Positions 6,009 through 18,084 are shown, numbered from the stretch's first letter. The stretch: 24,000 bases of DNA from Mannheimia granulomatis (GCF_011455695.1 NZ_CP015030.1:1825716-1849715); one strand, 5' to 3'. Notes: a model not told the origin generated them from the letters alone. Translations and numbers: made by a program.

Positions 6009-8411
6009 CTATTCTTTTGGTGCAACTTCCTCACTAGGAATATTCTGCTGCCCCTCGGCCTCATCAGCTTTAGGATTTAAGTTATTTTCTTTTTTAAGTG
6101 AAAGCGCATCCCATACACTTGGTTTCTCAGAGGCGATCACCGTACCGCTACTGGTACAGTAACGCTGCCCTCTATCACGCCATACCGGAATTTGCCGTCC
6201 ACTATCGCAGTTCCAGCTACCGTAACTGTTAATACCTACCCATTGAATTGTGTTTAATTTCGGTAATTTATAAGCTTGAGGTAATGCTCTTTCAAGATAT
6301 TGTTTATACACATATAAAGCACCGCTTGAGCCGGTTAAGTTAGTATCACCATTATTATCTTTACCCAGCCATACAGTAGTAACATGCTCGCCATCAATAC
6401 CAACAAACCAAGTATCACGGGCATTATTGGTTGTCCCTGTTTTACCTGCTAATTTTAATTTAACAAAATCATTTTGCAGACTACGGGCTGTACCTCGCTC
6501 AACCACCTGTTGCATTGCATACATTGTTTGTACCGCTGCTTCAGGTGGAAGCACTTGCTCACTTACTTTTTGAGCATCACGCTGATAGAACATTTCCCCG
6601 TTATGCGAAATAATCGCCTCAATGGTGGTTAATGGTGTTTTTAACCCTTCATTGGCAATCACCTGATATGAACGTGTGACATCATAAGGGGAAATAGAAT
6701 AAGCCCCGAGCAATGTGGATGGATAAGCGGGAATTTCTGCATTGTCCCAGCCCATCTCTTTTTGCTTGGCTATCACTTTTTTCAAGCCCACTTTCATCCC
6801 AATATTCACTGTTGGGATATTCAACGAACGCACCAAGGCATCCATAAACATTACCGAACCACTAAAGCTGCGGTCATAGTTTCGCGGTGTCCAGTAGTTT
6901 GATCCCACTTTAATCGAAATCTGTTTATTTTGAATCGGCGTATTCAGACGAAATAATTCAGGTTGAGCCAATGCAATCGCGTAAATCGAAGGCTTAACCA
7001 AAGAACCGATTTGACGTTTTGACTGAATCGCACGATTAAAGCCGGCAAATTGAGTTAAGCGGTCACCCACAATTGCTCTAACCTTACCGGTACGATACTC
7101 TGCCACTACAATGGCTGATTGCAGATCCGTCACTTTTTTATCTTTATTTTCCAGATCTTCTAACCCTGTGATCACCGCTTGTTCAGCGGAACGTTGCTGT
7201 TTACGGTCAAGGGTTGTAAAAATCTTTGTACCGGATAATTGTGCAGACTTTACCTCTCCCAGCTCATTTTTCAGATCAAGTGCTAACGCCTGCATAAATG
7301 CGGGCTGTTCACGATAAATCGTACCTTTTTCACGCATATTAAGCGGACGCATACTTAAAATATCGTAAATTTCTTGGTTAATCACTTGATGGTCTAGCAA
7401 TAAACGCAGCACTACATTTCGTCGCTCAATTGCTCCTTGCGGGTTTCGCCATGGATTATAAAGTGATGGACCTTTTACCATTCCCACTAACAACGCAATT
7501 TGGTCTAAACTGATCTCTTGAATCGGGCGGCCAAAATAGAACTGACTTGCCAAAGCAAAACCGTGAATTTGGTAACTACCGTTTTGCCCTAAATAAATCT
7601 CATTTAAGTAGGTTTCCAAAATGCGGTTTTTATCGTAACGGAAGTCCAAAATCACTGACATCAAGGCTTCGTTGATTTTACGTACCAATGAACGCTCATT
7701 GGTTAAAAACAGATTTTTAACCAATTGCTGAGTTAACGTACTACCACCCTGCACCGTTCTACCAGCTTGATAATTGGTAATTAAAGCACGAGCAATACCA
7801 ATCGGGCTGATACCATCGTGCTGATAAAAACGTCTGTCTTCGGTTAAAATCAACGATTCAATTAACAAACGAGGGTATTCTTGCAAACGTAATGCCTGAC
7901 GTTCCTCATCGCTATCAGAATGCAACATTGCAAGTAATTTCGGATCTAAACGGAATTCTTCAATTAGCTTGCCTTGTACTAAATCTTCGATATAAGTTAA
8001 TTTGTCATCTTTAAATGTTAAACGCAGTACACGTTGAGACTCCGGTGTTTCCGGAAAGGGGAAAGCACGGCGTAACAGCACCAAACGATTTTCTTCAATT
8101 TTGAAATCCCCTGGTGTTGCCACTTGTGATACTTGGCGATAGCCATTATCCAGCAGCGCCTGCTTAGCTTGCTCAAGTGTTAAGTTATCTTCAATTTTAA
8201 TGCTTTCGATACGAGCATACACTTCAGCAGGTAATTCCCATACCTGCCCATCCATTTTGCTGCGGATTTTTCCGTCTAAATAAATCCCATAAAAAGCGAT
8301 ACTACAAGCTCCAATCAGCCCAAGCTTTAGTAAAGTAGAGAAAAAATAGCTTCGCTTTTTTGACTTATGCTCTGATTCTTGGCTCTGTTCGTTTAACTCA
8401 ACGTCTGACAT
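6009..8411 (-). CDS. mrcB: Penicillin-binding protein 1B (bifunctional glycosyltransferase/transpeptidase)
   Basis: 800 aa with a short cytoplasmic N-terminus, one TM helix, GT51 motifs (EDRRFYQHDG, GGSTLTQQL) and a transpeptidase domain (SLVKP, KTGTT). Confidence 0.93.
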   Translation of the reverse strand: MSDVELNEQSQESEHKSKKRSYFFSTLLKLGLIGACSIAFYGIYLDGKIRSKMDGQVWELPAEVYARIESIKIEDNLTLEQAKQALLDNGYRQVSQVATPGDFKIEENRLVLLRRAFPFPETPESQRVLRLTFKDDKLTYIEDLVQGKLIEEFRLDPKLLAMLHSDSDEERQALRLQEYPRLLIESLILTEDRRFYQHDGISPIGIARALITNYQAGRTVQGGSTLTQQLVKNLFLTNERSLVRKINEALMSVILDFRYDKNRILETYLNEIYLGQNGSYQIHGFALASQFYFGRPIQEISLDQIALLVGMVKGPSLYNPWRNPQGAIERRNVVLRLLLDHQVINQEIYDILSMRPLNMREKGTIYREQPAFMQALALDLKNELGEVKSAQLSGTKIFTTLDRKQQRSAEQAVITGLEDLENKDKKVTDLQSAIVVAEYRTGKVRAIVGDRLTQFAGFNRAIQSKRQIGSLVKPSIYAIALAQPELFRLNTPIQNKQISIKVGSNYWTPRNYDRSFSGSVMFMDALVRSLNIPTVNIGMKVGLKKVIAKQKEMGWDNAEIPAYPSTLLGAYSISPYDVTRSYQVIANEGLKTPLTTIEAIISHNGEMFYQRDAQKVSEQVLPPEAAVQTMYAMQQVVERGTARSLQNDFVKLKLAGKTGTTNNARDTWFVGIDGEHVTTVWLGKDNNGDTNLTGSSGALYVYKQYLERALPQAYKLPKLNTIQWVGINSYGSWNCDSGRQIPVWRDRGQRYCTSSGTVIASEKPSVWDALSLKKENNLNPKADEAEGQQNIPSEEVAPKE
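7174..7182 (-). repeat. Apl-type USS core (ACCGCTTGT on +)
   Basis: Exact 9-mer inside the mrcB coding sequence. Confidence 0.8.
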
Positions 8412-8436
8412 AAAATTAACTTAAATATAGAAAAAT

Positions 8437-8481
8437 AAGCGGTCAGATTTTGCAAAAAATTAGTAAAAATCGACCGCTTGT
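8437..8481. terminator. Inverted USS pair forming a hairpin between menB and mrcB
   Basis: AAGCGGTC (8437-8444) pairs with GACCGCTT (8472-8479) across a 27-nt A/T-rich loop. A perfect USS, ACCGCTTGT, lies at 8473-8481. Inverted USS pairs are known to act as terminators in Pasteurellaceae. Confidence 0.5.
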
Positions 8482-8492
8482 ATTAGCGTAAA

Positions 8493-9350
8493 TTACGGAT
8501 TACGGCGGAATTTGCTGAAGTCCGGCTCACGTTTTTCATTAAAAGCGTTGCGACCTTCCTGACCTTCTTCCGTCATATAGAACAACATTGTGGCATTCCC
8601 TGCTAATTCTTGAAGACCGGCTTGTCCGTCACAATCTGCATTTAATGCAGCTTTTAAGCACCGTAAAGCAATCGGGCTGTTTTGCAGCATTTCACGACAC
8701 CAACGCACAGTTTCTTTTTCTAAATCCGCATAAGGTACAACAGTATTCACTAACCCCATATCTAAGGCTTCTTGTGCGTTATATTGACGGCATAAGAACC
8801 AAATTTCGCGAGCCTTTTTCTGACCAACGATGCGAGCCATATAGCTTGCCCCCCAGCCACCATCAAACGATCCTACTTTCGGGCCGGTTTGACCAAATTT
8901 AGCATTATCTGCCGCAATGGTTAAATCACATAACATATGCAGAACATGCCCACCACCGATAGCATAACCAGCCACCATTGCCACCACTGGTTTCGGGCAA
9001 GAACGGATATCACGTTGGAAATCCAGCACATTTAAGTGATGCACACCGCTATCATCTTTATAACCGCCGTAGTCGCCTCTCACTTTTTGGTCACCACCAG
9101 CACAGAAAGCGTATTCCCCTTCACCGGTTAATACGATTACACCGATTTTTTCATCAAAACGTGCATCAGAAAACGCTTGAATCATCTCTTTTACTGTATG
9201 TGGACGAAAAGCATTACGCACTTCCGGGCGATTAATAGTAATTTTAGCAATACCATCTGCCGATTTGTGGTAACGAATATCCGTATAGCCTTCGCTATGA
9301 TCTGTCCATTCAACCGGCGCATATAAAAACTCTTCACTTGGGTATAGCAT
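8493..9350 (-). CDS. menB: 1,4-dihydroxy-2-naphthoyl-CoA synthase
   Basis: Very close to E. coli MenB from [15 protein letters not shown] onward. I place the start at the ATG at 9350 (SD aagga upstream), giving 285 aa. The ORF-track start at 9404 adds 18 aa that are not MenB-like. Confidence 0.95.
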   Translation of the reverse strand: MLYPSEEFLYAPVEWTDHSEGYTDIRYHKSADGIAKITINRPEVRNAFRPHTVKEMIQAFSDARFDEKIGVIVLTGEGEYAFCAGGDQKVRGDYGGYKDDSGVHHLNVLDFQRDIRSCPKPVVAMVAGYAIGGGHVLHMLCDLTIAADNAKFGQTGPKVGSFDGGWGASYMARIVGQKKAREIWFLCRQYNAQEALDMGLVNTVVPYADLEKETVRWCREMLQNSPIALRCLKAALNADCDGQAGLQELAGNATMLFYMTEEGQEGRNAFNEKREPDFSKFRRNP

Positions 9351-9469
9351 GTGCAATTCCTTAAATAAGTAATAAATAAGAGCGATTATAGCGGAATCGG
9401 TCACAAAAGAAAAAGGCGAGCAGAATTATTTTCGTGGATTTATAGAGATATATTATTTGATATTTATAT

Positions 9470-9510
9470 AAAAAACAAAACCCTGACGGCTTTTGCCATC
9501 AGGGTTTCTT
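9470..9510 (-). terminator. Rho-independent terminator of katG (bidirectional shape)
   Basis: CCCTGACGG-cttttg-CCATCAGGG forms a stem with one mismatch, flanked by an A-run (9470-9480) and TTTCTT. Confidence 0.75.
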
Positions 9511-9525
9511 ATCTAATCCGTCAGA

Positions 9526-11697
<2,172 letters not shown>

Positions 11698-11740
11698 TTA
11701 AAATATAGGTTTTATCGAAAAGAGAATTATTGTAACTTCA

Positions 11741-11755
11741 ATAGAGGATAGCTAT
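11741..11755. promoter_or_regulatory. LysR/OxyR-type half site ATAG-N7-CTAT upstream of katG
   Basis: ATAGaggatagCTAT lies 56-70 nt upstream of the katG ATG. Only one half of the OxyR tetrameric motif is convincing. Confidence 0.25.
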
Positions 11756-11811
11756 TGTGTCGCTAATTATATGAGGAATTTTTATTTGGCAAAAGTGATT
11801 AATATTTATTA

Positions 11812-11836
11812 TTTTAATTGTCAATAACAATTAAAA
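11812..11836. promoter_or_regulatory. Perfect 10-bp inverted repeat TTTTAATTGT-caata-ACAATTAAAA
   Basis: Read directly, 127-151 nt upstream of the katG ATG. The binding factor is unknown. Confidence 0.3.
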
Positions 11837-11860
11837 GGAAGATATCTGAATCAGCAGGGC

Positions 11861-11899
11861 TAAAAATCATTAACGCCAGCTAGGCTAGTGGCGTTAATG
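11861..11899 (-). terminator. Rho-independent terminator of yeeD
   Basis: CATTAACGCCA (11868-11878) pairs with TGGCGTTAATG (11889-11899) in an 11-bp stem. On the - strand it is followed by ATTTTTA. Confidence 0.8.
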
Positions 11900-11932
11900 T
11901 TGTTAATAATATATTTACTTTACTGAGGATTG

Positions 11933-12154
11933 TTACTTCACAACTGTAATTTCCCATAATGCATTGCCAATTTGCTGATAATCCGTTACATCATAGCCTT
12001 CTTCCTCTGCCCAGTTTGGGATCGCTTCTGTTGCTTGAGTACAGTCAAATTCAATGGTTAAACTATCGCCTTTATTTAACTTAGCCATTGCTGCTTTTGC
12101 TTCAACTAATGGAAAAGGGCAAACCAGACCTGATGCAGGTAAGCGAATATTCAT
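11933..12154 (-). CDS. yeeD: TusA-like sulfurtransferase YeeD (TsuB)
   Basis: 73 aa with a CPFP active-site motif. The stretch EFDCTQATEAIP.WA.EEG...TDYQQIG is nearly identical to E. coli YeeD as I recall it. SD is agaggag. Confidence 0.9.
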   Translation of the reverse strand: MNIRLPASGLVCPFPLVEAKAAMAKLNKGDSLTIEFDCTQATEAIPNWAEEEGYDVTDYQQIGNALWEITVVK

Positions 12155-12173
12155 AATATACTCCTCTAAAAAA

Positions 12174-13202
12174 TTAACCTTTTAAACGTTGTGGGCGAAT
12201 AATGGTGAAATAAGCGCCAACAGATGTACCTAAAATCATTATCGGTAATGAGAGCCAACCTTGCCATGAGAAAAAAGCAGTTTCTACTAAACCATTACCA
12301 ATAGAACAGCCTCCGGCAAGACTCGCACCAATTCCCATTAATGCACCACCTCCCGCACTACGTAACATTGTGGTTGCATCTGGTACTCTGAAACGGAATT
12401 CATTTGATAATTTTGCGGCAACAAACGAACCAATCAGAATGCCAAAAACTAAAAATACACCCCAATTAATAAATTTATCATCACCAAAAACAAAATATTG
12501 AATAACATTTGCACTTGGTGTGGTGATCCCTAAACCGAAATTTCTACCTGCTAAATTACTAAGCGGCCAAGCCAGTAATGCAATTAAGCCGACTAAAATA
12601 GCCGTTACAAACGGATGCCAACGTTTTTCAAACAGAATATGGGCCAATCCTGTTTTACGAGGTTTTAACGCAATAGTTTTACCTTTTGGCTTTTTTAAAT
12701 GGCGGATTGCCAGAACTAAAGTAACCGCTGTTAAAATAAAAACTAAAACCCAAGGGGAAATTCCTAATGTTTCATGAATAGTACGTTGTTCAATTACATT
12801 ACTTTTTAAACCTTGATTTAACGGTGCTAATACCCCGGTTCGCATAGAAGCAGAAAATAGTCCATAGATAATTAATGCTACCCAGCTTCCAATTAACCCT
12901 TCACCGGCACGATACCAAGTACCTGTTGCACAACCACCAGCATAAACAATTCCTATACCGAATAAAAAAGCACCGATAATTACTGCCAATAGAGGTAAAT
13001 TTTCTGCCGGTGAAGTAAATGAACCGGCTTCATACAATACCCAAATCCCGATAGACTGAACAGTAATGGCAATTAATAATGCCACAAACATACGGTTATT
13101 TTTGGTAACATAAAGATCACGAAATGCCCCTGTAATACAGAATCTGCCTCGCTGCATCACAAAACCAAGCAAGAAACCGCATAAAAGTCCTGTTAATAAC
13201 AT
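12174..13202 (-). CDS. yeeE: YeeE/YedE-family inner-membrane thiosulfate transporter (TsuA)
   Basis: 342 aa, polytopic membrane protein with conserved Cys motifs (GRFCITGAFRD, GGCATG, GGCSIG). It is paired with yeeD downstream. Confidence 0.9.
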   Translation of the reverse strand: MLLTGLLCGFLLGFVMQRGRFCITGAFRDLYVTKNNRMFVALLIAITVQSIGIWVLYEAGSFTSPAENLPLLAVIIGAFLFGIGIVYAGGCATGTWYRAGEGLIGSWVALIIYGLFSASMRTGVLAPLNQGLKSNVIEQRTIHETLGISPWVLVFILTAVTLVLAIRHLKKPKGKTIALKPRKTGLAHILFEKRWHPFVTAILVGLIALLAWPLSNLAGRNFGLGITTPSANVIQYFVFGDDKFINWGVFLVFGILIGSFVAAKLSNEFRFRVPDATTMLRSAGGGALMGIGASLAGGCSIGNGLVETAFFSWQGWLSLPIMILGTSVGAYFTIIRPQRLKG

Positions 13203-13205
13203 AAA

Positions 13206-13236
13206 AAATACCTCTCAAATTAATGAAGAGGTATTT
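13206..13236 (-). terminator. Hairpin that terminates the antiporter transcript and contains the yeeE Shine-Dalgarno
   Basis: On the - strand: AAATACCTCT-tcattaatttg-AGAGGTATTT, then TTT, then the ATG at 13202. The stem is a perfect 10 bp. GAGG (13214-13211) lies in the 3' arm, 8 nt from the ATG. Confidence 0.6.
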
Positions 13237-13297
13237 AAATATAAAGAGAAGTTAATCACCAATAATCTTTAGTAAAATGATAGTGTATTTAGTTATA

Positions 13298-14632
13298 TCA
13301 AATATGTGGGATAAAATCGTCCGGTCCACCCAGTTTATTGAATGCAACTCTTCTTGGGTCAGCTAATTTCGATTTTTTAATCATTGGCTCAACCGTAGAA
13401 CCTTGTACCAGAATCGAGAATGTAACGACTGAATAGGTCATTAATAAGATTAAATCTCGAACATCAATATTGCCTTCTGAGCTTGAAATCATGACTGACC
13501 CCGTAGGTACAGCCAGAGCCATAGCTAAACCTAAGCCGCCACGCAATCCACCCCATGTCATAATTTTCAGAGTATAAGGATTATAAGTACGGAACCGTTT
13601 CAATACTTGGAATGGGATCCACAAACTCACATAACGAGATAATAAACAAATTGGAATCGCAGCCAACATAAGCACGCCACCAATCCAAGTAAAATCAACT
13701 AATAACGTACTTAGTCCAATTAACAAGAATAAGAGGTAGTTTAACGAGTGGTCTATCATTTCCCAAAAATGGTCAAGATATTTCTGACTTTGTTCTGAAA
13801 ATCCGGTACGGCGAGTCCAGTTACCAATCATAATTCCTGCTACTACCATGGTTAAAGCCCCTGAAACGTGCAAATAGTTTGCCATTACAAAGCCAACTGT
13901 TGGAATAGTCAAAGTAATCAAGATTTCTAAGCTTCCATCATCGGTAGCAGAAATAAATTTATGAGCCACATAGCCTGTAATCAGACCAAACACAATACCG
14001 CCAACTGCTTCTTGTAAGAATAACTGGGTAATTCCTCCTACAGTTGGCTCTTGTCCGCCAAAAGCGACGGCAAACACAGTTGTAAAAATTACTAAGCCGA
14101 TACCATCATTGAATAAAGATTCTCCCTCCACGTGCATAGAAAGGCGTTTCGGGGCTTTCAAGCTTTTGATGATCGCAAGCACCGCAATCGGGTCGGTTGG
14201 TGAAATTAATGCTCCGAATAATAAACAATAAACAAAGCCAATCTCCAAACCACACAGCATTGCTAAACCATACACCAAACCACCAATCATAAAGGTTGAG
14301 GCTAGAGTGGAAAATAATGCATAAACGGCAATTTCCCTACGTTGCTCTTTCATTAAAGGCAATTTAATGCCAAGTGAACCAGCAAAAAGTAAGAAGCCAA
14401 GCATTCCGTTTAATAAGAAGCTTTTAAAATCAAGTTGTTGATAAATTGAGGTGGCGAGTTGTTCAACTTTGAACCAGCCTAGAGAACCAAAAGTGAGAAT
14501 AAGGAGAGAACCGATAAGGGCGGAGGCAGTAATTGCAATGGTTATTTGAATGTTTTCATTAAGTTTCCTTGTAACAAACGAAATAAACATTGCAAGCCCG
14601 AACAGCAAACAAATATAAGAATAGAGTTGCAT
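13298..14632 (-). CDS. CPA1-family cation/proton (Na+/H+) antiporter, NhaP-like
   Basis: 444 aa with about 12 hydrophobic segments. It carries CPA1 motifs (ISPTDPIAV, ESLFNDG) and has no C-terminal regulatory domain. Confidence 0.85.
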   Translation of the reverse strand: MQLYSYICLLFGLAMFISFVTRKLNENIQITIAITASALIGSLLILTFGSLGWFKVEQLATSIYQQLDFKSFLLNGMLGFLLFAGSLGIKLPLMKEQRREIAVYALFSTLASTFMIGGLVYGLAMLCGLEIGFVYCLLFGALISPTDPIAVLAIIKSLKAPKRLSMHVEGESLFNDGIGLVIFTTVFAVAFGGQEPTVGGITQLFLQEAVGGIVFGLITGYVAHKFISATDDGSLEILITLTIPTVGFVMANYLHVSGALTMVVAGIMIGNWTRRTGFSEQSQKYLDHFWEMIDHSLNYLLFLLIGLSTLLVDFTWIGGVLMLAAIPICLLSRYVSLWIPFQVLKRFRTYNPYTLKIMTWGGLRGGLGLAMALAVPTGSVMISSSEGNIDVRDLILLMTYSVVTFSILVQGSTVEPMIKKSKLADPRRVAFNKLGGPDDFIPHI

Positions 14633-14713
14633 AAGATTTACCTTTAAATATTAAAATAGAAAACTGGTGATAGTTTAATCCTCGTTTAACAAAATAGCTA
14701 CAGAAATATAAAC

Positions 14714-15862
14714 CTATTCACCGTTTAATAAATTTTCTAATATTTGGTAATAAATCTCTCCACAGTTAGCCAGATCTTCTACACTTACACACTCATCTAC
14801 TTTATGAATTGTCGCATTCAAAGGCCCAAACTCTACTACTTCTGCCCCCATTAAGGCGATAAAACGTCCATCTGAAGTACCGCCACCGGTATCTAGTCGA
14901 GGCGTAATTTTTGTCACATTTTCGACCGCTTGTACGGCAGCCTCAACCAATTTTCCATCTCCGGCAAGGAAAGGTTTGCCCGATAAATTCCAGCTAATAC
15001 GATATTTTAAGCCATGTCTTTCTAACATTTCCGTAACCTTAGCTTTAATGCTCTCATCTGTCACTTCAGTGCAATAACGTAAATTAAATTGCACATAAAG
15101 CTCGCCCGGAATCACATTATTGCTGCCTGTGCCAGCTTTGATATTCGCCACTTGAAGACTGGTCGGCGGAAAAAATTCATTGCCGTTATCCCATTGGTAG
15201 CTCGTGAGTTCTGTTAAAAAGCCTAAAGCCGTATGCACTGGATTTTCCGCAAGGTGTGGATAAGCTACATGACCTTGAATCCCTTCGATATATAAATCAG
15301 CCGTAATCGAACCACGGCGACCGTTTTTAAGTATATCGCCCAATACTTTACCGCAAGAAGGCTCCCCCACCACACAGTAATGGATGGTTTCATTACGAGC
15401 CATTAAAGTTTCCACCACTTTTACCGTACCGTCTTTAGCAGCCGCCTCTTCATCGGAAGTAATCAACAATGCCACTTTGCCTTTGTGATTTGGGTTATTT
15501 TTCACAAAATGCTCTGCCGCTACAACCAAGGCTGCCAGCGAGCCTTTCATATCTGCAGCACCACGTCCGTATAAAACATTATCCACAATGTGAGCAGAAA
15601 ACGGAGGATAAGTCCATTGGCTCTCCGTCCCCACAGGCACGACATCGGTATGCCCTGCAAAAGCAACACAAGGCTCGGCCTCACCATTTTCTATTCCATG
15701 AGTTGCCCATAAATTCAAAGTGTCACCAAAAGGCAACCACTCAAGGGTAAACCCCACTTTTTCCAACCGTTCGGCAATTTCTTGTTGGCAGCCCTTGTCT
15801 TGAGGGCTGATAGAATCACGGCGGATCAAATTTTGTGCAAGGGAGATAATTTCGTTTTTCAT
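14714..15862 (-). CDS. dapE: Succinyl-diaminopimelate desuccinylase
   Basis: 382 aa, collinear with E. coli DapE ([37 protein letters not shown]). Confidence 0.97.
   Translation of the reverse strand: MKNEIISLAQNLIRRDSISPQDKGCQQEIAERLEKVGFTLEWLPFGDTLNLWATHGIENGEAEPCVAFAGHTDVVPVGTESQWTYPPFSAHIVDNVLYGRGAADMKGSLAALVVAAEHFVKNNPNHKGKVALLITSDEEAAAKDGTVKVVETLMARNETIHYCVVGEPSCGKVLGDILKNGRRGSITADLYIEGIQGHVAYPHLAENPVHTALGFLTELTSYQWDNGNEFFPPTSLQVANIKAGTGSNNVIPGELYVQFNLRYCTEVTDESIKAKVTEMLERHGLKYRISWNLSGKPFLAGDGKLVEAAVQAVENVTKITPRLDTGGGTSDGRFIALMGAEVVEFGPLNATIHKVDECVSVEDLANCGEIYYQILENLLNGE
14925..14933 (-). repeat. Apl-type USS core (ACCGCTTGT on +)
   Basis: Exact 9-mer inside dapE. Confidence 0.8.
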
Positions 15863-15868
15863 AAGATT

Positions 15869-15877
15869 ACAAGCGGT
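15869..15877 (+). repeat. Apl-type USS core ACAAGCGGT
   Basis: Exact 9-mer in the yffB-dapE spacer, followed by T-rich sequence and TTGCAA. Confidence 0.85.
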
Positions 15878-15910
15878 TATTTTTGGTTAATTTTTTGCAA
15901 ATAAGGAAAT

Positions 15911-16261
15911 TTAACGAGCAAAAGCCGCTTGGTATTCCTTCTCATTAAACCCAAGCAAGGCAATTTCATTTTGAATCACAATCGGACGCTTAATCAACGT
16001 AGGTTGTTCGGTTATAACCTTTAATGCCGTTTCACGGTTCAAATTATTTTTCAGCTCATCATCTAAATTTCGCCAAGTTGTGCTGCGTTTATTGACTAAA
16101 TTTTCCCAACCGAACGTAGCCTCCATTTCTACCAACCAATCAGCATTTAAGCCATCTACACGGTAATCGTGCAGTTGAGGTTGTTGGTTATTCTCTTCCA
16201 GCCATTTCAAGGCTTTTTTCACCGTATCACAATTTTTAATGCCATAAACTAAAGTTGTCAT
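15911..16261 (-). CDS. yffB: ArsC/Spx-family protein YffB
   Basis: 116 aa. The N-terminal YGIKNCDT.KKA..WL and the ..IKRP.. motif match E. coli YffB, and the yffB-dapE adjacency is conserved. Confidence 0.85.
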   Translation of the reverse strand: MTTLVYGIKNCDTVKKALKWLEENNQQPQLHDYRVDGLNADWLVEMEATFGWENLVNKRSTTWRNLDDELKNNLNRETALKVITEQPTLIKRPIVIQNEIALLGFNEKEYQAAFAR

Positions 16262-16274
16262 CTATTTCCTCTCT

Positions 16275-17123
16275 TTAATTATCTGATTCTAACATTGCCT
16301 GCCAAATTTTAAGAGCATCAGCGGTTTCAGCAACATCATGAACCCGTAAGATTTTCGCCCCATTTTGAGCAGCCAATAATGCTCCTGCTACCGAGCCAAT
16401 CACTCGCTGCTCAACAGGCTTATCCAACACAGAGCCAATCATTGATTTTCGTGAAAGCCCGGCTAGTACAGGGAACCCGGAGTCTACGAAGGCTTTAAGG
16501 TGTTTTAATAACTGGTAGTTGTGGCGAACCGTTTTGCCAAAGCCAAAACCGGGGTCTAAGATAATATGCTCTTTGGGAATACCTGCGTTGATACAGGCAA
16601 AAATTCGCTGATTTAAAAAATCCGCTACCTCTTCTAATACATCATCATACTCAGGTTTTTGCTGCATAGTTTGCGGATTGCCCTGCATGTGCATTAAACA
16701 GACCGGCAACCCTAATTCAACAGCAGTTTCCAATGCATTCGGTTCGGTTAATGAGCGAATATCATTAATGATATCCATCCCCACAAGTGCGGCTTGCTTA
16801 AACACTTCCGCCTTAGAACTATCCACCGAAATTAAGCAATCAAAACGGGAACGCACCGCTTCTACCACAGGCACAACCCGCTCTAACTCTTGATCAAGGG
16901 TAACAATTTCCGCATTCGGGCGTGTAGATTCCCCACCAATATCAATAATGCTTGCTCCCTCTTTTAGCATTTTTTCCGCTTGAAAGAGGGCTTTATCTAG
17001 CGAAAAAAACTGACCCGAATCAGAAAAAGAATCAGGCGTAAAGTTTAAAATCCCCATAATTTGTGGCTGGGTCAAATCTAACAAGCGGTCATTTTTTTGC
17101 AGATTTTTGAAATGGATTTTCAT
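16275..17123 (-). CDS. folP: Dihydropteroate synthase
   Basis: 282 aa with MGILNFTPDSFSD, IIDIGGESTRP, DPGFGFGK and SRKS motifs. Confidence 0.95.
   Translation of the reverse strand: MKIHFKNLQKNDRLLDLTQPQIMGILNFTPDSFSDSGQFFSLDKALFQAEKMLKEGASIIDIGGESTRPNAEIVTLDQELERVVPVVEAVRSRFDCLISVDSSKAEVFKQAALVGMDIINDIRSLTEPNALETAVELGLPVCLMHMQGNPQTMQQKPEYDDVLEEVADFLNQRIFACINAGIPKEHIILDPGFGFGKTVRHNYQLLKHLKAFVDSGFPVLAGLSRKSMIGSVLDKPVEQRVIGSVAGALLAAQNGAKILRVHDVAETADALKIWQAMLESDN
17081..17089 (+). repeat. Apl-type USS core ACAAGCGGT inside the 5' end of folP (antisense)
   Basis: Exact 9-mer. The extended element (..TTTTTTTGCAGATTTTTGAAA) encodes FolP residues about 3-15 on the other strand. Confidence 0.8.
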
Positions 17124-17124
17124 C

Positions 17125-18084
17125 TTACTTCTCCACTCTTAATTTCGCCAACACACTCTTGAGAGTTTTATCAAGTGGTGCAGTAATCACCATTTCTTCC
17201 CCATTTTTCGGGTGTTCGAAGCGGATGGAATAGGCATGTAGAAACAGACGGTGTAAGCCGGCTGCTTTCATTTTGCTGTCGAATTCGCTATCACCATATT
17301 TATCGTCCAACGCGATAGGGTGGCCGGCGTATTGGGTATGCACACGAATTTGGTGAGTCCGCCCTGTTACCGGAGATGCTTTGACTAAAGTGGCATTTGC
17401 ATAGCGTTCTTCAATACTAAAACGGGTTTCAGAAGGTTTACCCTCCTCGCTCACTCGCACAATGCGTTCGCCGCTCGCTAACTCATTTTTCAATAGTGGA
17501 GCTTTAATCACTTTAGTATGTGCCTGCCATTGCCCTCGCACCAATGCCAAGTAATCTTTTTGTACTACCTTTTCACGTAGTTGTTCGTGTAGGCTACGAA
17601 GTGCCGAGCGTTTTTTTGCCACCAATAAAATACCGGAAGTATCGCGGTCAATACGGTGAACCAGCTCTAAAAAACGGGCTTGTGGACGCAACGCTCGTAA
17701 AGCCTCAATCACACCAAAGCTTAAGCCACTGCCGCCATGCACCGCAATGCCCGATGGCTTGTTGATCACAAGCAGCACTTCGTCCTCATATAAAATTTGC
17801 GCTTCCAACTCCGCGACTTTATTAAGTTTTGTAGAAATTTGTGGCTCATTTTTTTCCGCTACACGTACAGGAGGAACACGTACAATATCTCCCGTCTGTA
17901 ATTTATATTCCGGCTTGATTCTCCCTTTGTTTACCCGCACTTCGCCTTTACGCACAATACGATAAATCAAACTTTTCGGTACACCTTTAAGCTTGGCTAA
18001 TAAAAAATTATCTAAACGTTGTCCGGCCTCATCTTCACTTATCGTAAAAAATTGAACACCGGCACTAATTACTTTTTCTGTCAT
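17125..18084 (-). CDS. rluC: 23S rRNA pseudouridine(955/2504/2580) synthase RluC
   Basis: 319 aa, the same length as E. coli RluC and highly collinear with it (S4 domain; HRLDRDTSG-like HRIDRDTSG; KDYLALVRGQW; GRTHQIRVH). Confidence 0.93.
   Translation of the reverse strand: MTEKVISAGVQFFTISEDEAGQRLDNFLLAKLKGVPKSLIYRIVRKGEVRVNKGRIKPEYKLQTGDIVRVPPVRVAEKNEPQISTKLNKVAELEAQILYEDEVLLVINKPSGIAVHGGSGLSFGVIEALRALRPQARFLELVHRIDRDTSGILLVAKKRSALRSLHEQLREKVVQKDYLALVRGQWQAHTKVIKAPLLKNELASGERIVRVSEEGKPSETRFSIEERYANATLVKASPVTGRTHQIRVHTQYAGHPIALDDKYGDSEFDSKMKAAGLHRLFLHAYSIRFEHPKNGEEMVITAPLDKTLKSVLAKLRVEK

Noticed and set aside
9351-9404. An 18-codon N-terminal extension of menB in the ORF track.
   Set aside because: Similarity to MenB begins at the internal Met (MLYPSEE..), which has its own SD. 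The extension is hydrophobic and unlike MenB.
11766-11825. An 18-codon ORF (MRNFYLAKVINIYYFNCQ) in the katG-yeeD spacer.
   Set aside because: It has no SD, is extremely AT-rich, and overlaps the palindrome. There is no basis to call it a peptide gene.
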